Below, piece after piece: positions 21,915 through 31,205 of a stretch of DNA of 64,000 nucleotides; the stretch's first letter is position 1; each line of letters begins with the position of its first letter. The stretch covers positions 71,900-135,899 of the forward strand of contig CALKUP010000015.1 in the NCBI GenBank assembly GCA_937996685.1, given 5' to 3'. The position numbers were made by a program, and so were the translations under genes. A model generated the notes under the pieces. The model searched no databases and was not told the origin of the DNA. It saw nothing but the letters and a program-made list of their open reading frames with translations. Origin of the DNA: an uncultured bacterium. GTDB lineage: Bacteria > Patescibacteriota > Patescibacteriia > UBA9570 > XYC2-FULL-38-9.

Positions 21915-22061
21915 AGAATAAGCGCATTTCGCGCGATTAAAAATAATAAAGAGTGTTTAAATAATGCAAATTGATTGGGGATCAAAAGAGAAAATGCAAA
22001 CGTTAGAAATACTACTCCCACAAAAAACAGCCGTCAAGAGATTTTGACGGCGTGCGGTGGA

Positions 22062-22532
22062 TTAATATTCAACGCCTAAAATATCGGCCATTGCATGTTT
22101 GATTTCTGAACGAGACAGGAGTCCAACAACTTCACGTTGTTTGTTGATCACTGGCACATAACGGACATGTTTTTTTGATGCCATTGCGGCCGCTCGAACA
22201 AGTGGCGCGTCTTCATCAATCACACATCCTTCAACAGATGTAGTCATTTCTGAAATTGGCGCATCTGCCGCTTCTTTGACGGTCATTGCGAATGATTCGT
22301 CGTTCACAAATGTCGCGAGACTTGGATTGCTAATCAAATATTGTGGCATTAATGCGTTCATCATGTGAAATGAATCAATCACTCCCACGACTTCATTCTC
22401 AGCATTTGTTACCACTAAGCCATTTGTTTTTGCTTGCACCATCATTGCGAGCGCCTCTCGAAACGTCGTTGTTTCAGGAATTGTCACAATTTGTGTCCGC
22501 ATATATTGCTTTACTGTCATATATTTCATCAA
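22062..22532 (-). CDS. Stand-alone CBS-pair protein
   Basis: VKQYMRT...VVGVI; VPVI...VGLLSRSEI. Confidence 0.85.
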   Translation of the reverse strand: MMKYMTVKQYMRTQIVTIPETTTFREALAMMVQAKTNGLVVTNAENEVVGVIDSFHMMNALMPQYLISNPSLATFVNDESFAMTVKEAADAPISEMTTSVEGCVIDEDAPLVRAAAMASKKHVRYVPVINKQREVVGLLSRSEIKHAMADILGVEY

Positions 22533-22608
22533 GAAAATAATCTGATTATAGCGATAGTATATATGACTATCCTCTATTCAAGCAATGGAGCTATCTCTCA
22601 GGCAGTCC

Positions 22609-23016
22609 TTATTCTTCATCCTCAAGTGCCTGATCAACAGGTTTTTCAAAGGTTGATTGATGAAATAGCGTAATAATATGATACAAACGAGCAATTTCTT
22701 GAGATAGTAATACATTTCCAGCAGCAGTCAATTGATAGTAGCGACGATTTTGCTCTTGAAAGGTTGGGTATAAATCTGCATCAGCATCATTTGCCACCTC
22801 TTCAATCACCCCTTCATCCAGCATTTTCTTAATTAGTCCATAAACGCTTCCTGGACCGATTTTAATAAGACCGTCTGTGTCTTTTCGGACACGCTGCATA
22901 ATCCCATATCCATGTTTTTTTCCATCACGCATGGTAAACAAAAAATAAAAGACCAAAGGCGTCAACGGCAACCGAATTTTTTCTATTTTTTGCTTCATGT
23001 ACTGTATTATAGGCAC
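22609..23016 (-). CDS. PadR-family transcriptional regulator
   Basis: HGYGIM, GPGSVYGLIKKM, RRYYQLTAAG. Confidence 0.9.
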   Translation of the reverse strand: MPIIQYMKQKIEKIRLPLTPLVFYFLFTMRDGKKHGYGIMQRVRKDTDGLIKIGPGSVYGLIKKMLDEGVIEEVANDADADLYPTFQEQNRRYYQLTAAGNVLLSQEIARLYHIITLFHQSTFEKPVDQALEDEE

Positions 23017-23207
23017 CTCAAAACGGTTGTCTAGTGGAGTATATCAACTTTGATATATATAGTATATCAGAAAAAAAATACATATTTTACTGTAATCGTT
23101 TTATTTCACTTTTTTTATTAAAAACCCTTTGTTTTAGATATATCGATGTTTGATATATATCTATATTTTTTATTGATATACATGTGTAAAATTATACTTT
23201 TTTTTGA

Positions 23208-23236
23208 TTGACATGACCTATCGCGGGGTATAAATT
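23208..23236 (+). promoter_or_regulatory. sigma70-like promoter for kup copy 2
   Basis: TTGACA-17-TAAATT. Confidence 0.6.
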
Positions 23237-23296
23237 TTGCTCGAAATTGAATGGAAAGTTTCCATTATAAGCGTACTTCCTAGAGAAATTGCAATA

Positions 23297-23588
23297 CCAT
23301 TTTGTTGCTCGATTTGCCCTGAAAAGAAAGACGCGTTTTTTACACCTTCTCTTCCTTACCATGGCCGATCGAACAACGTGCACATTCACATGAATGAATC
23401 GTTGTTTGTCGAACAAACGACAAAAACCTACAACGCGCAAGAGGCCTTAACCACTATTAGCGCTAGTGGACGGAGAACACACGGACCAAAAATCTGTGCG
23501 TAGGCGATGGTTGTCAGCGGCGGGTGCCGTTTGACCATATCGTCTTTGATCGCGTCGGCAAGTGCCACGTGACCTTCGTTGGGAAAAT
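23297..23588 (+). repeat. kup leader, copy 2
   Basis: Reverse complement of 15153-15444 with substitutions; 23350-23426 identical. Confidence 0.9.
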
Positions 23589-23592
23589 ACAG

Positions 23593-25752
23593 ATGGACAG
23601 ACTCAAATCGTGGCTTGGGTGGCTCGCAAAGCTTCCAAGTTCCTGCAAGGTCCTCTTCTTCGCCGTTCTTGCGGCGTTGAAGGTGGCCGCAATCATCCTC
23701 GAGAAGAGGACGAGGTCGCTCGTCATTGCGACCTGGAACGGGCTGATGACCTATGTCTTCTGGTCTGAAGATGCTGCACCTCAGCAGGCAAAAGACGGTC
23801 ACGGCCATCACCCGGAAACGGGGTGGTTCAGCCTTCGCACACTCTGGAATTCGTTGAGCGCACTCGGCATCGTCTACGGCGATATCGGCACGAGCCCGCT
23901 CTACGCTCTGCGAGCCGCACTTGGCTGGTTCAGGGACTCGTCCGGAGTTGTGAGCGGACATCGAGTTCCGATCATCTTGGACAACGTCCTTGGCGTCGTC
24001 TCCTTGATCAACTGGACGCTGCTCATCGTTGTGACCCTGAAGTACGTGGCGTTTGTCCTCCGCGCTGACAATCGCGGCGAGGGCGGCATCATGTCGCTGA
24101 TGGTTCTCGTGACCAGCACCTTGAAACGGCGCGGCTACATGCTCGCGATGACCGGAGCAACGCTCGCTGGCGTCTTCGGCTCGGCCCTGATCTACGGCGA
24201 CGGTGTTCTGACTCCCGCAGTCAGCGTCCTCGCCGCTGTTGAGGGCCTTGGAACAGCCTACCCAATCCTCAGCTTCGTGGTGGTTCCGCTGGCCTGCCTG
24301 ATCCTGATCGGGCTGTTCAGTGTTCAGTCGAAGGGCACCGGCAAAGTCGGCAAGATCTTCGGGCCGATCATGCTGCTCTGGTTCCTCTTCCTTGGGGGTG
24401 AAGGGCTCTATAACATTCTGGTCTACAAGCCGGAGATGTTGTATGCCCTGAGCCCGGTGTACGCGATCAAGTTCCTGATCGCAAACCCGCTCCTCGGAAG
24501 CTCGGTCATGGGCGGTGTGTTCCTGGTGGCAACCGGTGGCGAAGCACTCTACGCCGACATGGGCCACTTCGGCCCCAAGGCTATCAGGATCGCATGGATG
24601 TTCGTCGTCGCCCCAAGTCTGATGCTTCAGTACATGGGACAAGGCGCGATCGTTCTCGTGAACCCAGAAGCGAAGTTCGACCCGTTCTTCGCCGCTGTTC
24701 ATCTCGAGGGAGAAGCGCTCGCGGTGTTCGTCATCTTCCCGACGATCGCGACGATCATCGCGTCTCAGGCTCTGATCTCCGGTGTGTTCTCGCTGACGGC
24801 GCAGGCAATCCAGCTTGGTCTGCTTCCGCGCATGCCGGTGTATCACACCGACGCGAACGAGCGTGGCCAGATCTATGTCCCGGTGATCAACTGGGTTGTC
24901 TGCCTGATGGTCATACTGACCGTCATTGGTTTCGGCAGCTCGGGTGCACTTGAGTCGGCCTACGGCATCGCCGTCTCTCTGTGCATGCTCTTCACGACGG
25001 GCCTGATGATGTTCGCCAGCTTCTACCTCTGGCACTGGCGTGCTTGGGTGGTTGCGGCAGTCTGGGGTCCAATCCTCATCCTCGAAACGTTCTTCGTCTA
25101 CGCAAACGGCCAGAAGATCGCTCACGGCGGGTGGTATCCGTTGCTCATGGGCGCCGTGCTCTTCACGATCATGACCACCTTCAAGAGGGGTCAGGAGATC
25201 AAGGGCTGGTACATGAGCCGGATGTCTTTGCCGGTTGAGCGCTACCTTGCTGCAGCTCAGGACGCGTTCGTCAACCCAAAAACAGCCATCGCCTTGACAG
25301 CCGCTGCGGACCGCGTTCCGTTGGCGCTGCGGGCGATCCTTCTCGCCCAAAACGTCCGCTACGCACAAACCGTTCTTGCGACGGTCGTCACGGCTGACGA
25401 ACCGTACTGGACCGGAGATCGCGTCACTTGGCGCGACCTCGGCAACGGCATGTGGGAGGCGATCATCCATTACGGCTTCATGGAACAGAGCGCGATCAAT
25501 GTCCCTCTTGCACTGGCGCAGAGCCATGTGCCTGAAGGGGTCGACATCGATGGCATCTACATCCTGGGCCGTGATGCGGTAGTCCCTCATCAGGACGTTG
25601 GCGCGCCTGTTGAAGACGATCAGCCTGCTCCGATGGCCTATTGGCGCGAGAAGCTCTTTGAGCTGATGATCGCCAACGCGCAAAACGCGGTCACCTGGTT
25701 CAAGGTGCCGCCTGGACGCTTCCACCAGATCGGCATTTCGGTTGTGATCTAA
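23593..25752 (+). CDS. kup: KUP/HAK/KT potassium transporter (copy 2); GC-rich
   Basis: GIVYGDIGTSPLY, ADNRGEGG, EALYADMGHFG, GQIYVPVINW. Confidence 0.95.
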   Translation: MDRLKSWLGWLAKLPSSCKVLFFAVLAALKVAAIILEKRTRSLVIATWNGLMTYVFWSEDAAPQQAKDGHGHHPETGWFSLRTLWNSLSALGIVYGDIGTSPLYALRAALGWFRDSSGVVSGHRVPIILDNVLGVVSLINWTLLIVVTLKYVAFVLRADNRGEGGIMSLMVLVTSTLKRRGYMLAMTGATLAGVFGSALIYGDGVLTPAVSVLAAVEGLGTAYPILSFVVVPLACLILIGLFSVQSKGTGKVGKIFGPIMLLWFLFLGGEGLYNILVYKPEMLYALSPVYAIKFLIANPLLGSSVMGGVFLVATGGEALYADMGHFGPKAIRIAWMFVVAPSLMLQYMGQGAIVLVNPEAKFDPFFAAVHLEGEALAVFVIFPTIATIIASQALISGVFSLTAQAIQLGLLPRMPVYHTDANERGQIYVPVINWVVCLMVILTVIGFGSSGALESAYGIAVSLCMLFTTGLMMFASFYLWHWRAWVVAAVWGPILILETFFVYANGQKIAHGGWYPLLMGAVLFTIMTTFKRGQEIKGWYMSRMSLPVERYLAAAQDAFVNPKTAIALTAAADRVPLALRAILLAQNVRYAQTVLATVVTADEPYWTGDRVTWRDLGNGMWEAIIHYGFMEQSAINVPLALAQSHVPEGVDIDGIYILGRDAVVPHQDVGAPVEDDQPAPMAYWREKLFELMIANAQNAVTWFKVPPGRFHQIGISVVI

Positions 25753-25892
25753 ACAGCGAGACAATCCCAGGTAGGCGGCGGCAGACCTGCCGCTACCTGG
25801 GACCCTCCGGTCATATCTCTGACAACGATTCATTCAGATCCCTTTGTTCTTTTGTGCCCGCTATGACGTTTGTCTGATGCGGGCTTTTTTCT
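25753..25892 (+). repeat. kup trailer, copy 2, including terminator
   Basis: Reverse complement of 12625-12764 with 1 mismatch. Confidence 0.95.
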
Positions 25893-25974
25893 TATAAAAT
25901 TCCCACTCTTTTTACCTGAACACACAGCAAAAATCAGATTGACAGAAGGGCTATCTCTTTGTATTCTGAGGGCA

Positions 25975-27714
25975 ATGAAACGACAAAAACTCAACCAATG
26001 GTACGCAACGGCAATTTGCGGAAATGACATCATGAGCTCGACTTTATATGTCTCTGGAATTGCCATTATTTTCGCCGGAGCCTATGCGCCACTCGTCCTT
26101 CTCGCTATTGCCTTAGTCTTATTTTTTTACAAAGCCGTTTACACTGAAGTCGTTGAAGCCCTCCCAGTCAACGGCGGCGCCTACAACTGCTTACTCAATG
26201 GGACCTCAAAAACAATTGCGGCCATTGCTGGAATCATGAACTTTTTGTCCTATATCGCAACTGCTGTCTTGTCAGCAAAAGTCGGCATAGGGTATCTGCA
26301 TACAATCGCACCAATGGTGCCAGTAATCCTCGGCACGATCTTGTTATTATTATTCTTTTTATTACTCGTTCTCTCAGGCATTAAACACGCCGCAAAAATT
26401 GCGCTAGTGATTTTCATCTTCCACATTATTACACTCACAACACTGGCAATTGTTGGGACGATCTTTTTCTTGAATGGTCATTCGTATTTCATGGAAAATG
26501 TTGCGTATACAAAAACAATGATGGAAGGTCACGGCGGCCTCTGGATTGGCCTCTACCTCGCATTCTCTGCTTCCCTCCTTGGTGTCTCTGGTTTTGAAAG
26601 TTCAGCAAACTTTGTGGAAGAACAAGGCAAAGGAGTCTTCCGTAAAACCTTACGCAACATGCTGATTGGTGTGGCGATTTTTAACCCACTTATGGCATTA
26701 GTTGTTCTCAACAGCCTGCCATTTGAAGCGATTGTCAACGCAAAGGACTTTTTACTCGCTGACGCTGGTTTGCAGATGGGTGGCGAATTCTTGAAATATA
26801 TGGTCGCTATTGATGCAGCGCTTGTGCTCTCTGGTGCAGTTCTAACGTCGTATGTTGGAGTTAGTGGATTATTGTCTCGCATGACTTTGGACAACTGTCT
26901 GCCAAGCTATTTCGGAAAGATGAACAAACACGGTGCGTACCCTCGTATTCTCATTGCATTTTTCTTACTCTGTGGCGCAATTTTATTAGTGACAAAAGGA
27001 AACCTCTTATCACTGGCTGGTATTTACACTATTGCCTTTTTAGGTGTGATGACACTGTTTGGTATTGGTAATTTAATTTTGCGGCAAACCCGCACAGATC
27101 TGCAGCGTCCATATAAAGCGCCGTTGCTTTTTGTTGGACTTGCGTCAGTTGCGACATTATTTGGAATCATTGGAAATATTCGCATCGACCAAGAAAATCT
27201 CCAATTCTTTGAATTATATTTCATCCCGGCAGTCATCATTGTGTTGATCATGGTCTATCAAGATCACATTACAAAAGCCCTTGTGCGAATCACCGAGCAA
27301 TACACATGGTTGCATGGTATACACCGTTGGTTATTAAAGCACTTCAAAGATCAATCAGAAGGCAATCTTGTGATTTTTATTCATCACGCTGCTCGATTAC
27401 ACGCTGTGCTTGATTATATTAACCGAAATGAAACAAGTGAAAATATCACGATCGTCCACTGCAATGACCCACGAGATATCCTCCAATTAGAGTTTAAAAA
27501 AATCCAAAACATCCTGCCTCTTTTAAAAGAAGTTGGTATGTTTTCTCATTTTACATATCGCTTAGAGTACGTTGAACAAGAGTTCAGCGCACAGGCAATT
27601 GACGCTGTTGTTCGTGATTTAAAAATCAATAAAAATCGTGTCATGATTGGTGCAATCCGTGACTTCAAACGGTTTAATTACGATGAGCTGCGTGGTGTTC
27701 GGGTGATTATTTAA
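25975..27714 (+). CDS. APC-family permease with C-terminal soluble domain (amino acid or KimA-like K+ transporter)
   Basis: ATAICGNDI, PVNGGAY, GVSGFESSANFVEEQ, about 12 TM. Confidence 0.85.
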   Translation: MKRQKLNQWYATAICGNDIMSSTLYVSGIAIIFAGAYAPLVLLAIALVLFFYKAVYTEVVEALPVNGGAYNCLLNGTSKTIAAIAGIMNFLSYIATAVLSAKVGIGYLHTIAPMVPVILGTILLLLFFLLLVLSGIKHAAKIALVIFIFHIITLTTLAIVGTIFFLNGHSYFMENVAYTKTMMEGHGGLWIGLYLAFSASLLGVSGFESSANFVEEQGKGVFRKTLRNMLIGVAIFNPLMALVVLNSLPFEAIVNAKDFLLADAGLQMGGEFLKYMVAIDAALVLSGAVLTSYVGVSGLLSRMTLDNCLPSYFGKMNKHGAYPRILIAFFLLCGAILLVTKGNLLSLAGIYTIAFLGVMTLFGIGNLILRQTRTDLQRPYKAPLLFVGLASVATLFGIIGNIRIDQENLQFFELYFIPAVIIVLIMVYQDHITKALVRITEQYTWLHGIHRWLLKHFKDQSEGNLVIFIHHAARLHAVLDYINRNETSENITIVHCNDPRDILQLEFKKIQNILPLLKEVGMFSHFTYRLEYVEQEFSAQAIDAVVRDLKINKNRVMIGAIRDFKRFNYDELRGVRVII

Positions 27715-27867
27715 CGACGAATTACTCAGGCCCACTGACACACTTTTGTGTCTATTTTGTTATAAAAAGAAAAAACGCGCCGGGAGTCCGAAGACATGGC
27801 GCGTGTTGGTGAGTGTGTTGCGGTTATTTGAACTGCAACCGGCTCTAACCCGAGATCGCGCAGACCC

Positions 27868-28425
27868 TTAGTCTGCTTTTTCGCGACGGAAGTGAACCAC
27901 ATCACCCGAACCACGATAACCACTCGTCTCCACCTCAGGCAGAAGGAGGCAACGAAGAACATGACAAGGGCGCTCAGTGAAGTACGCCATAGCCTTCAGC
28001 ACCGAGCTCGCATCAATTTCCACTACCTCACTCGACTCAAGTCCTCCGATGATTTGATCCAGTGCAGCGCAGACAATTGCGATATCGCACTCACAGAAAT
28101 TGACGAAGCCAAGCAGGGCGATCTTGTGAGCATCTCCCGTCACCCGCTTGGCCACGTGCGGGTACCGCGCAAGAGCCGCACCCACCAAAGGAAGCGTGGA
28201 TGCAAGCTCCTGATACAACTCAATCTGACGCTGGATCGTTTCAGCATTTTCCTGAGGAACCCTTACGCGTAGATCAGGCTCAGTCTTGACGATCTCCTGC
28301 GCCATTTGCAGCTCCTGGAGGGAGTTGAGACCGATGATCCACTTAAAGTAGTCCCAGCCTCGCTCAATCTCATTCTCCTCAGCAAGCACCGCCTGAAGCA
28401 CTTCGATCATTTCAGCCTTGTTCAT
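27868..28425 (-). CDS. Hypothetical protein; GC-rich, SD-led
   Basis: 185 aa ORF, AAGGAG SD, own terminator (acgcgcc...ggcgcgt-U) at about 27770-27804. Confidence 0.65.
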   Translation of the reverse strand: MNKAEMIEVLQAVLAEENEIERGWDYFKWIIGLNSLQELQMAQEIVKTEPDLRVRVPQENAETIQRQIELYQELASTLPLVGAALARYPHVAKRVTGDAHKIALLGFVNFCECDIAIVCAALDQIIGGLESSEVVEIDASSVLKAMAYFTERPCHVLRCLLLPEVETSGYRGSGDVVHFRREKAD

Positions 28426-28612
28426 TGCGAACTCCTTCTACATGCTACATGAGGTAGCTTTTGGGTTTGCTCAATTTCACAGACCGCTCAATAAAAAGGT
28501 GCTACATACCGAATTTGAGTGCACATCCTCCTCTCTCAAATTACGCCTCTATAGGATCATGTTACCCCTCTTTTGTCAATACAAAAAAGACCCTACGGGT
28601 CTCCTTTGTTTT

Positions 28613-28809
28613 TGTGGGCGCTGAGGGGCTTTCGCCTCGCTCGCTCACGCTCACTTCGTTGTCCTGGGCAGCGCCAATTTGCCACTGGCAAATCGTCGGC
28701 ATTCACTGCGTCGCGCTCTCGCTTCGCTCGTTGCGCTCCTGGTTCATTTCTGCCCGTTCTCGCCCGTGCAAACCAAAAGAAAAACAGCCCTGAAGGGCTG
28801 CCTTTCTTT
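28613..28809. repeat. tRNA-Val 3'-end duplication plus small palindromic REP/MITE-like element
   Basis: gtgggcgctgaggggct at 28614-28630 repeats 28812-28828; cgctcgc-rich body with tttgccactggcaaa hairpin. Confidence 0.65.
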
Positions 28810-28886
28810 TGGTGGGCGCTGAGGGGCTCGAACCCCCGACCCCCTCGGTGTAAACGAGGTGCTCTAGCCAACTGAGCTAAGCGCCC
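28810..28886 (-). tRNA. tRNA-Val(UAC)
   Basis: Cloverleaf; cctcg-TT TAC AC-cgagg; CCA encoded. Confidence 0.95.
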
Positions 28887-28950
28887 AAATATCATGCAAA
28901 ATGCAGTGGATATAGGATAACGCAACTTTTACTTCTTTGCAAGAAGGTTG

Positions 28951-29035
28951 TGCGCGGAAGAGGACTTGAACCTCCACGAGAAAAATTCCCACAGACCCCT
29001 CAAGCCTGCGCGTCTACCAGTTCCGCCACCCGCGC
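28951..29035 (-). tRNA. tRNA-Leu(GAG)
   Basis: Long variable arm; caggc-TT GAG GG-gtctg; no encoded CCA. Confidence 0.92.
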
Positions 29036-29165
29036 ATACGGTTTACGGCCTATTTTTCAATAGATTGCAATACATTATGTCTCTTTTTCCCCTTTCTTGT
29101 CAAGAGTCTTGCAACAAAAAACTGGCACATGGCCAGCTTTTTATCAAATCCTTCAAAACACTGTA

Positions 29166-29651
29166 TTAACTTTTGTTTACCAATGTTTCTTTCAAGCGTT
29201 TTCCGTAATCACGGATGAAGAATAATTTTGAACGACGCACTTTCGCAATTTTCACAATCTCAATCTTGTCGATGAGTGGTGATGCAAGTGGGAAAATACG
29301 TTCAACACCGACACCAAAACTCACTTTTCGGACAGTCATTGTTTTTGTTGCTGGTGTTTTACCACGCAATGCCAAGATCATGCCTTGGAATACTTGAATA
29401 CGTTCTTTTTCACCTTCACGAATCTTGAAATGGACACGAATTGTCATTCCTGGGCGCAAATCTTGTTCGTTTTTGAGCTCTTCAGCCGCCAAAGCCTCTT
29501 CTTCTGCTTGTTTTTTTGCAGCTTCTGCTTCAGCCGCAGCACGCTCTTCTTCAGACACGTCAGCGACAACTTCAGCTGTTTCTTCAGCAACAACAGAAGT
29601 CACTTCAGCTGCGACTTCTTCTGATTGTGCCTCTTTTTCTTGTTCAGACAT
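29166..29651 (-). CDS. rplS: 50S ribosomal protein L19 with acidic N-terminal extension
   Basis: [46 protein letters not shown]. Confidence 0.97.
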   Translation of the reverse strand: MSEQEKEAQSEEVAAEVTSVVAEETAEVVADVSEEERAAAEAEAAKKQAEEEALAAEELKNEQDLRPGMTIRVHFKIREGEKERIQVFQGMILALRGKTPATKTMTVRKVSFGVGVERIFPLASPLIDKIEIVKIAKVRRSKLFFIRDYGKRLKETLVNKS

Positions 29652-29750
29652 AGAATTTCAATAAATTTGATAGCTCACGGAGTATACGAGAAAATACCGT
29701 TGCCGTCAAGGCTTCTGGTCATATTGTCGGCTATTTGCTATCATTTGCCT

Positions 29751-29978
29751 ATGAAATACTTTATTGGATTCCTTATGATCGCAGTCGGCACATTTGAAGT
29801 GATGAAAAGTGACTGGATTATTCGCAATTTTGGCATTATTCCATGGGCGGAAGACAAATTCGGCTCCGGCGGGACATGGACATTCCACAAAATCCTCGGC
29901 ATTTTGATCATTCTCCTCGCTTTCATGCTGATGAGCGGACAAGTCGAAGGCATTCTCCAATTTTTGTTTGTTCGGTAA
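29751..29978 (+). CDS. Small 2-TM membrane protein
   Basis: MKYFIG...WAEDKFGSGG...; AT-rich start. Confidence 0.7.
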   Translation: MKYFIGFLMIAVGTFEVMKSDWIIRNFGIIPWAEDKFGSGGTWTFHKILGILIILLAFMLMSGQVEGILQFLFVR

Positions 29979-30047
29979 ACAAGGGTAATAATAGATTGTC
30001 TTGACGATATTTGCTGAAAATAGTATACTTTTTTTGCTATAAATTCT

Positions 30048-30120
30048 GGGCCTTTAGCTCATCTGGTAGAGCGCCTGCTTTGCACGCAGGAGGTGGCAGG
30101 TTCGAGTCCTGTAAGGTCCA
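30048..30120 (+). tRNA. tRNA-Ala(UGC)
   Basis: cctgc-TT TGC AC-gcagg; G3:U70. Confidence 0.95.
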
Positions 30121-30132
30121 CAACCATTTTAA

Positions 30133-30160
30133 AATCCCCTTTTACGGGGATTTTTTGTTT
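30133..30160 (+). terminator. tRNA-Ala terminator, duplicated at 31358-31386
   Basis: aatcccc-tttta(a)c-ggggattttttgttt. Confidence 0.8.
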
Positions 30161-31205
30161 ACCGTCCAAGCGCTTGGTGGAGTCGCTGAATTTTTTCTGC
30201 GCTCCTTGCTCGTACTTTTTCTTCTGCTCGAACACTGATAACCAAATCTTGAACCATCTGTGCAGTATCCATTACTGCGCTGCTTTTGTAACGCGCCGGA
30301 AACTCTTGCAACCACCGCTGACCATCAGGATCAGTTTGCATCCGGGCGATTGCCTGATTTTGTAACAGTGTCGTGCGAATGTGATCTTCACTCATCTCAG
30401 GAGAGAGTTGTGCAAATACCTGTTCAAATTGTGGCACAAACTTTTTCAATGCATTTTCATATTCACTTTGAATCATCTGCTCAACAAATGCGATATCATC
30501 ATCTGAAATATGCTTTTTTAAATATGTAATATCTGTCAGATCATAAGAGCGGCCAGTTTCAATTTTGTGATACACAATGAGCGCCGGATGTGAGATCGGA
30601 ATTTCACCTCCGCTGCGAGTGCGGTAGAATTCAACCGGCTGCATAAATTTTTTTGGAATTGTCGCGCCTGTGTAACGTGTAACAGTATCCCCATTAGAAT
30701 TACGATGTGAGATATGCAAATCTACAAAGTCGAGAGTGTCCCCTACCTCGATTGAATGATTGACCCCCACCTTTGCGATTTGTATATCATCAAGGTCTTC
30801 ACGCAAAATATCAACAGCGCTTATAGACTCAACCCACCGTTGTCCATCTGCGTCTTTTTCGGCTCGATGTTTTGTAAATTGATACCCATGTTTTTGCAAA
30901 TACGCCTCCACTTTTTCAAGCTCATCATCGAACACACCAATATCGACATCTTTATGGTTACGAACAAAACGCCTTTCGAGTAATGAAATATTGGTTCCAC
31001 CATCAAGTTGCCAGGCAAAATCGGCATCCTTCATCAAATCAGCCAATGCGTCAAGTCGCGCTTCCATAAAATCCACTTGTTCAGGAGTCGGCGGTGTGTA
31101 CTGACCAGCTTCTGCTATTTGAGGTTCTAGAAAAGTCTGAAAATCAGGCACAAATTGGCCCTGTTTTGGCTGAGTATTCTCTAGCATAACCTCTCGATTT
31201 ATCAT
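30159..31205 (-). CDS. Nucleotidyltransferase-domain protein (ANT(2'')/Lnu-like fold)
   Basis: WQLDGG...RNHKDVDI (GG-x-DxD) and a later LDFVDLH. Confidence 0.7.
   Translation of the reverse strand: MINREVMLENTQPKQGQFVPDFQTFLEPQIAEAGQYTPPTPEQVDFMEARLDALADLMKDADFAWQLDGGTNISLLERRFVRNHKDVDIGVFDDELEKVEAYLQKHGYQFTKHRAEKDADGQRWVESISAVDILREDLDDIQIAKVGVNHSIEVGDTLDFVDLHISHRNSNGDTVTRYTGATIPKKFMQPVEFYRTRSGGEIPISHPALIVYHKIETGRSYDLTDITYLKKHISDDDIAFVEQMIQSEYENALKKFVPQFEQVFAQLSPEMSEDHIRTTLLQNQAIARMQTDPDGQRWLQEFPARYKSSAVMDTAQMVQDLVISVRAEEKVRARSAEKIQRLHQALGR

Noticed and set aside
23297-23588. c-di-AMP (ydaO) or Na+/Li+ riboswitch upstream of kup
   Set aside because: Hallmark sequences not recognisable by eye, and the trailer is conserved too; an Rfam scan is needed to exclude this formally
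23428-25833. 801-aa antisense ORF, and the 189-aa ORF at 12684-13253 with the same first 27 aa
   Set aside because: Shadow frames of GC-rich kup genes; the shared N-terminus only reflects the repeated trailer
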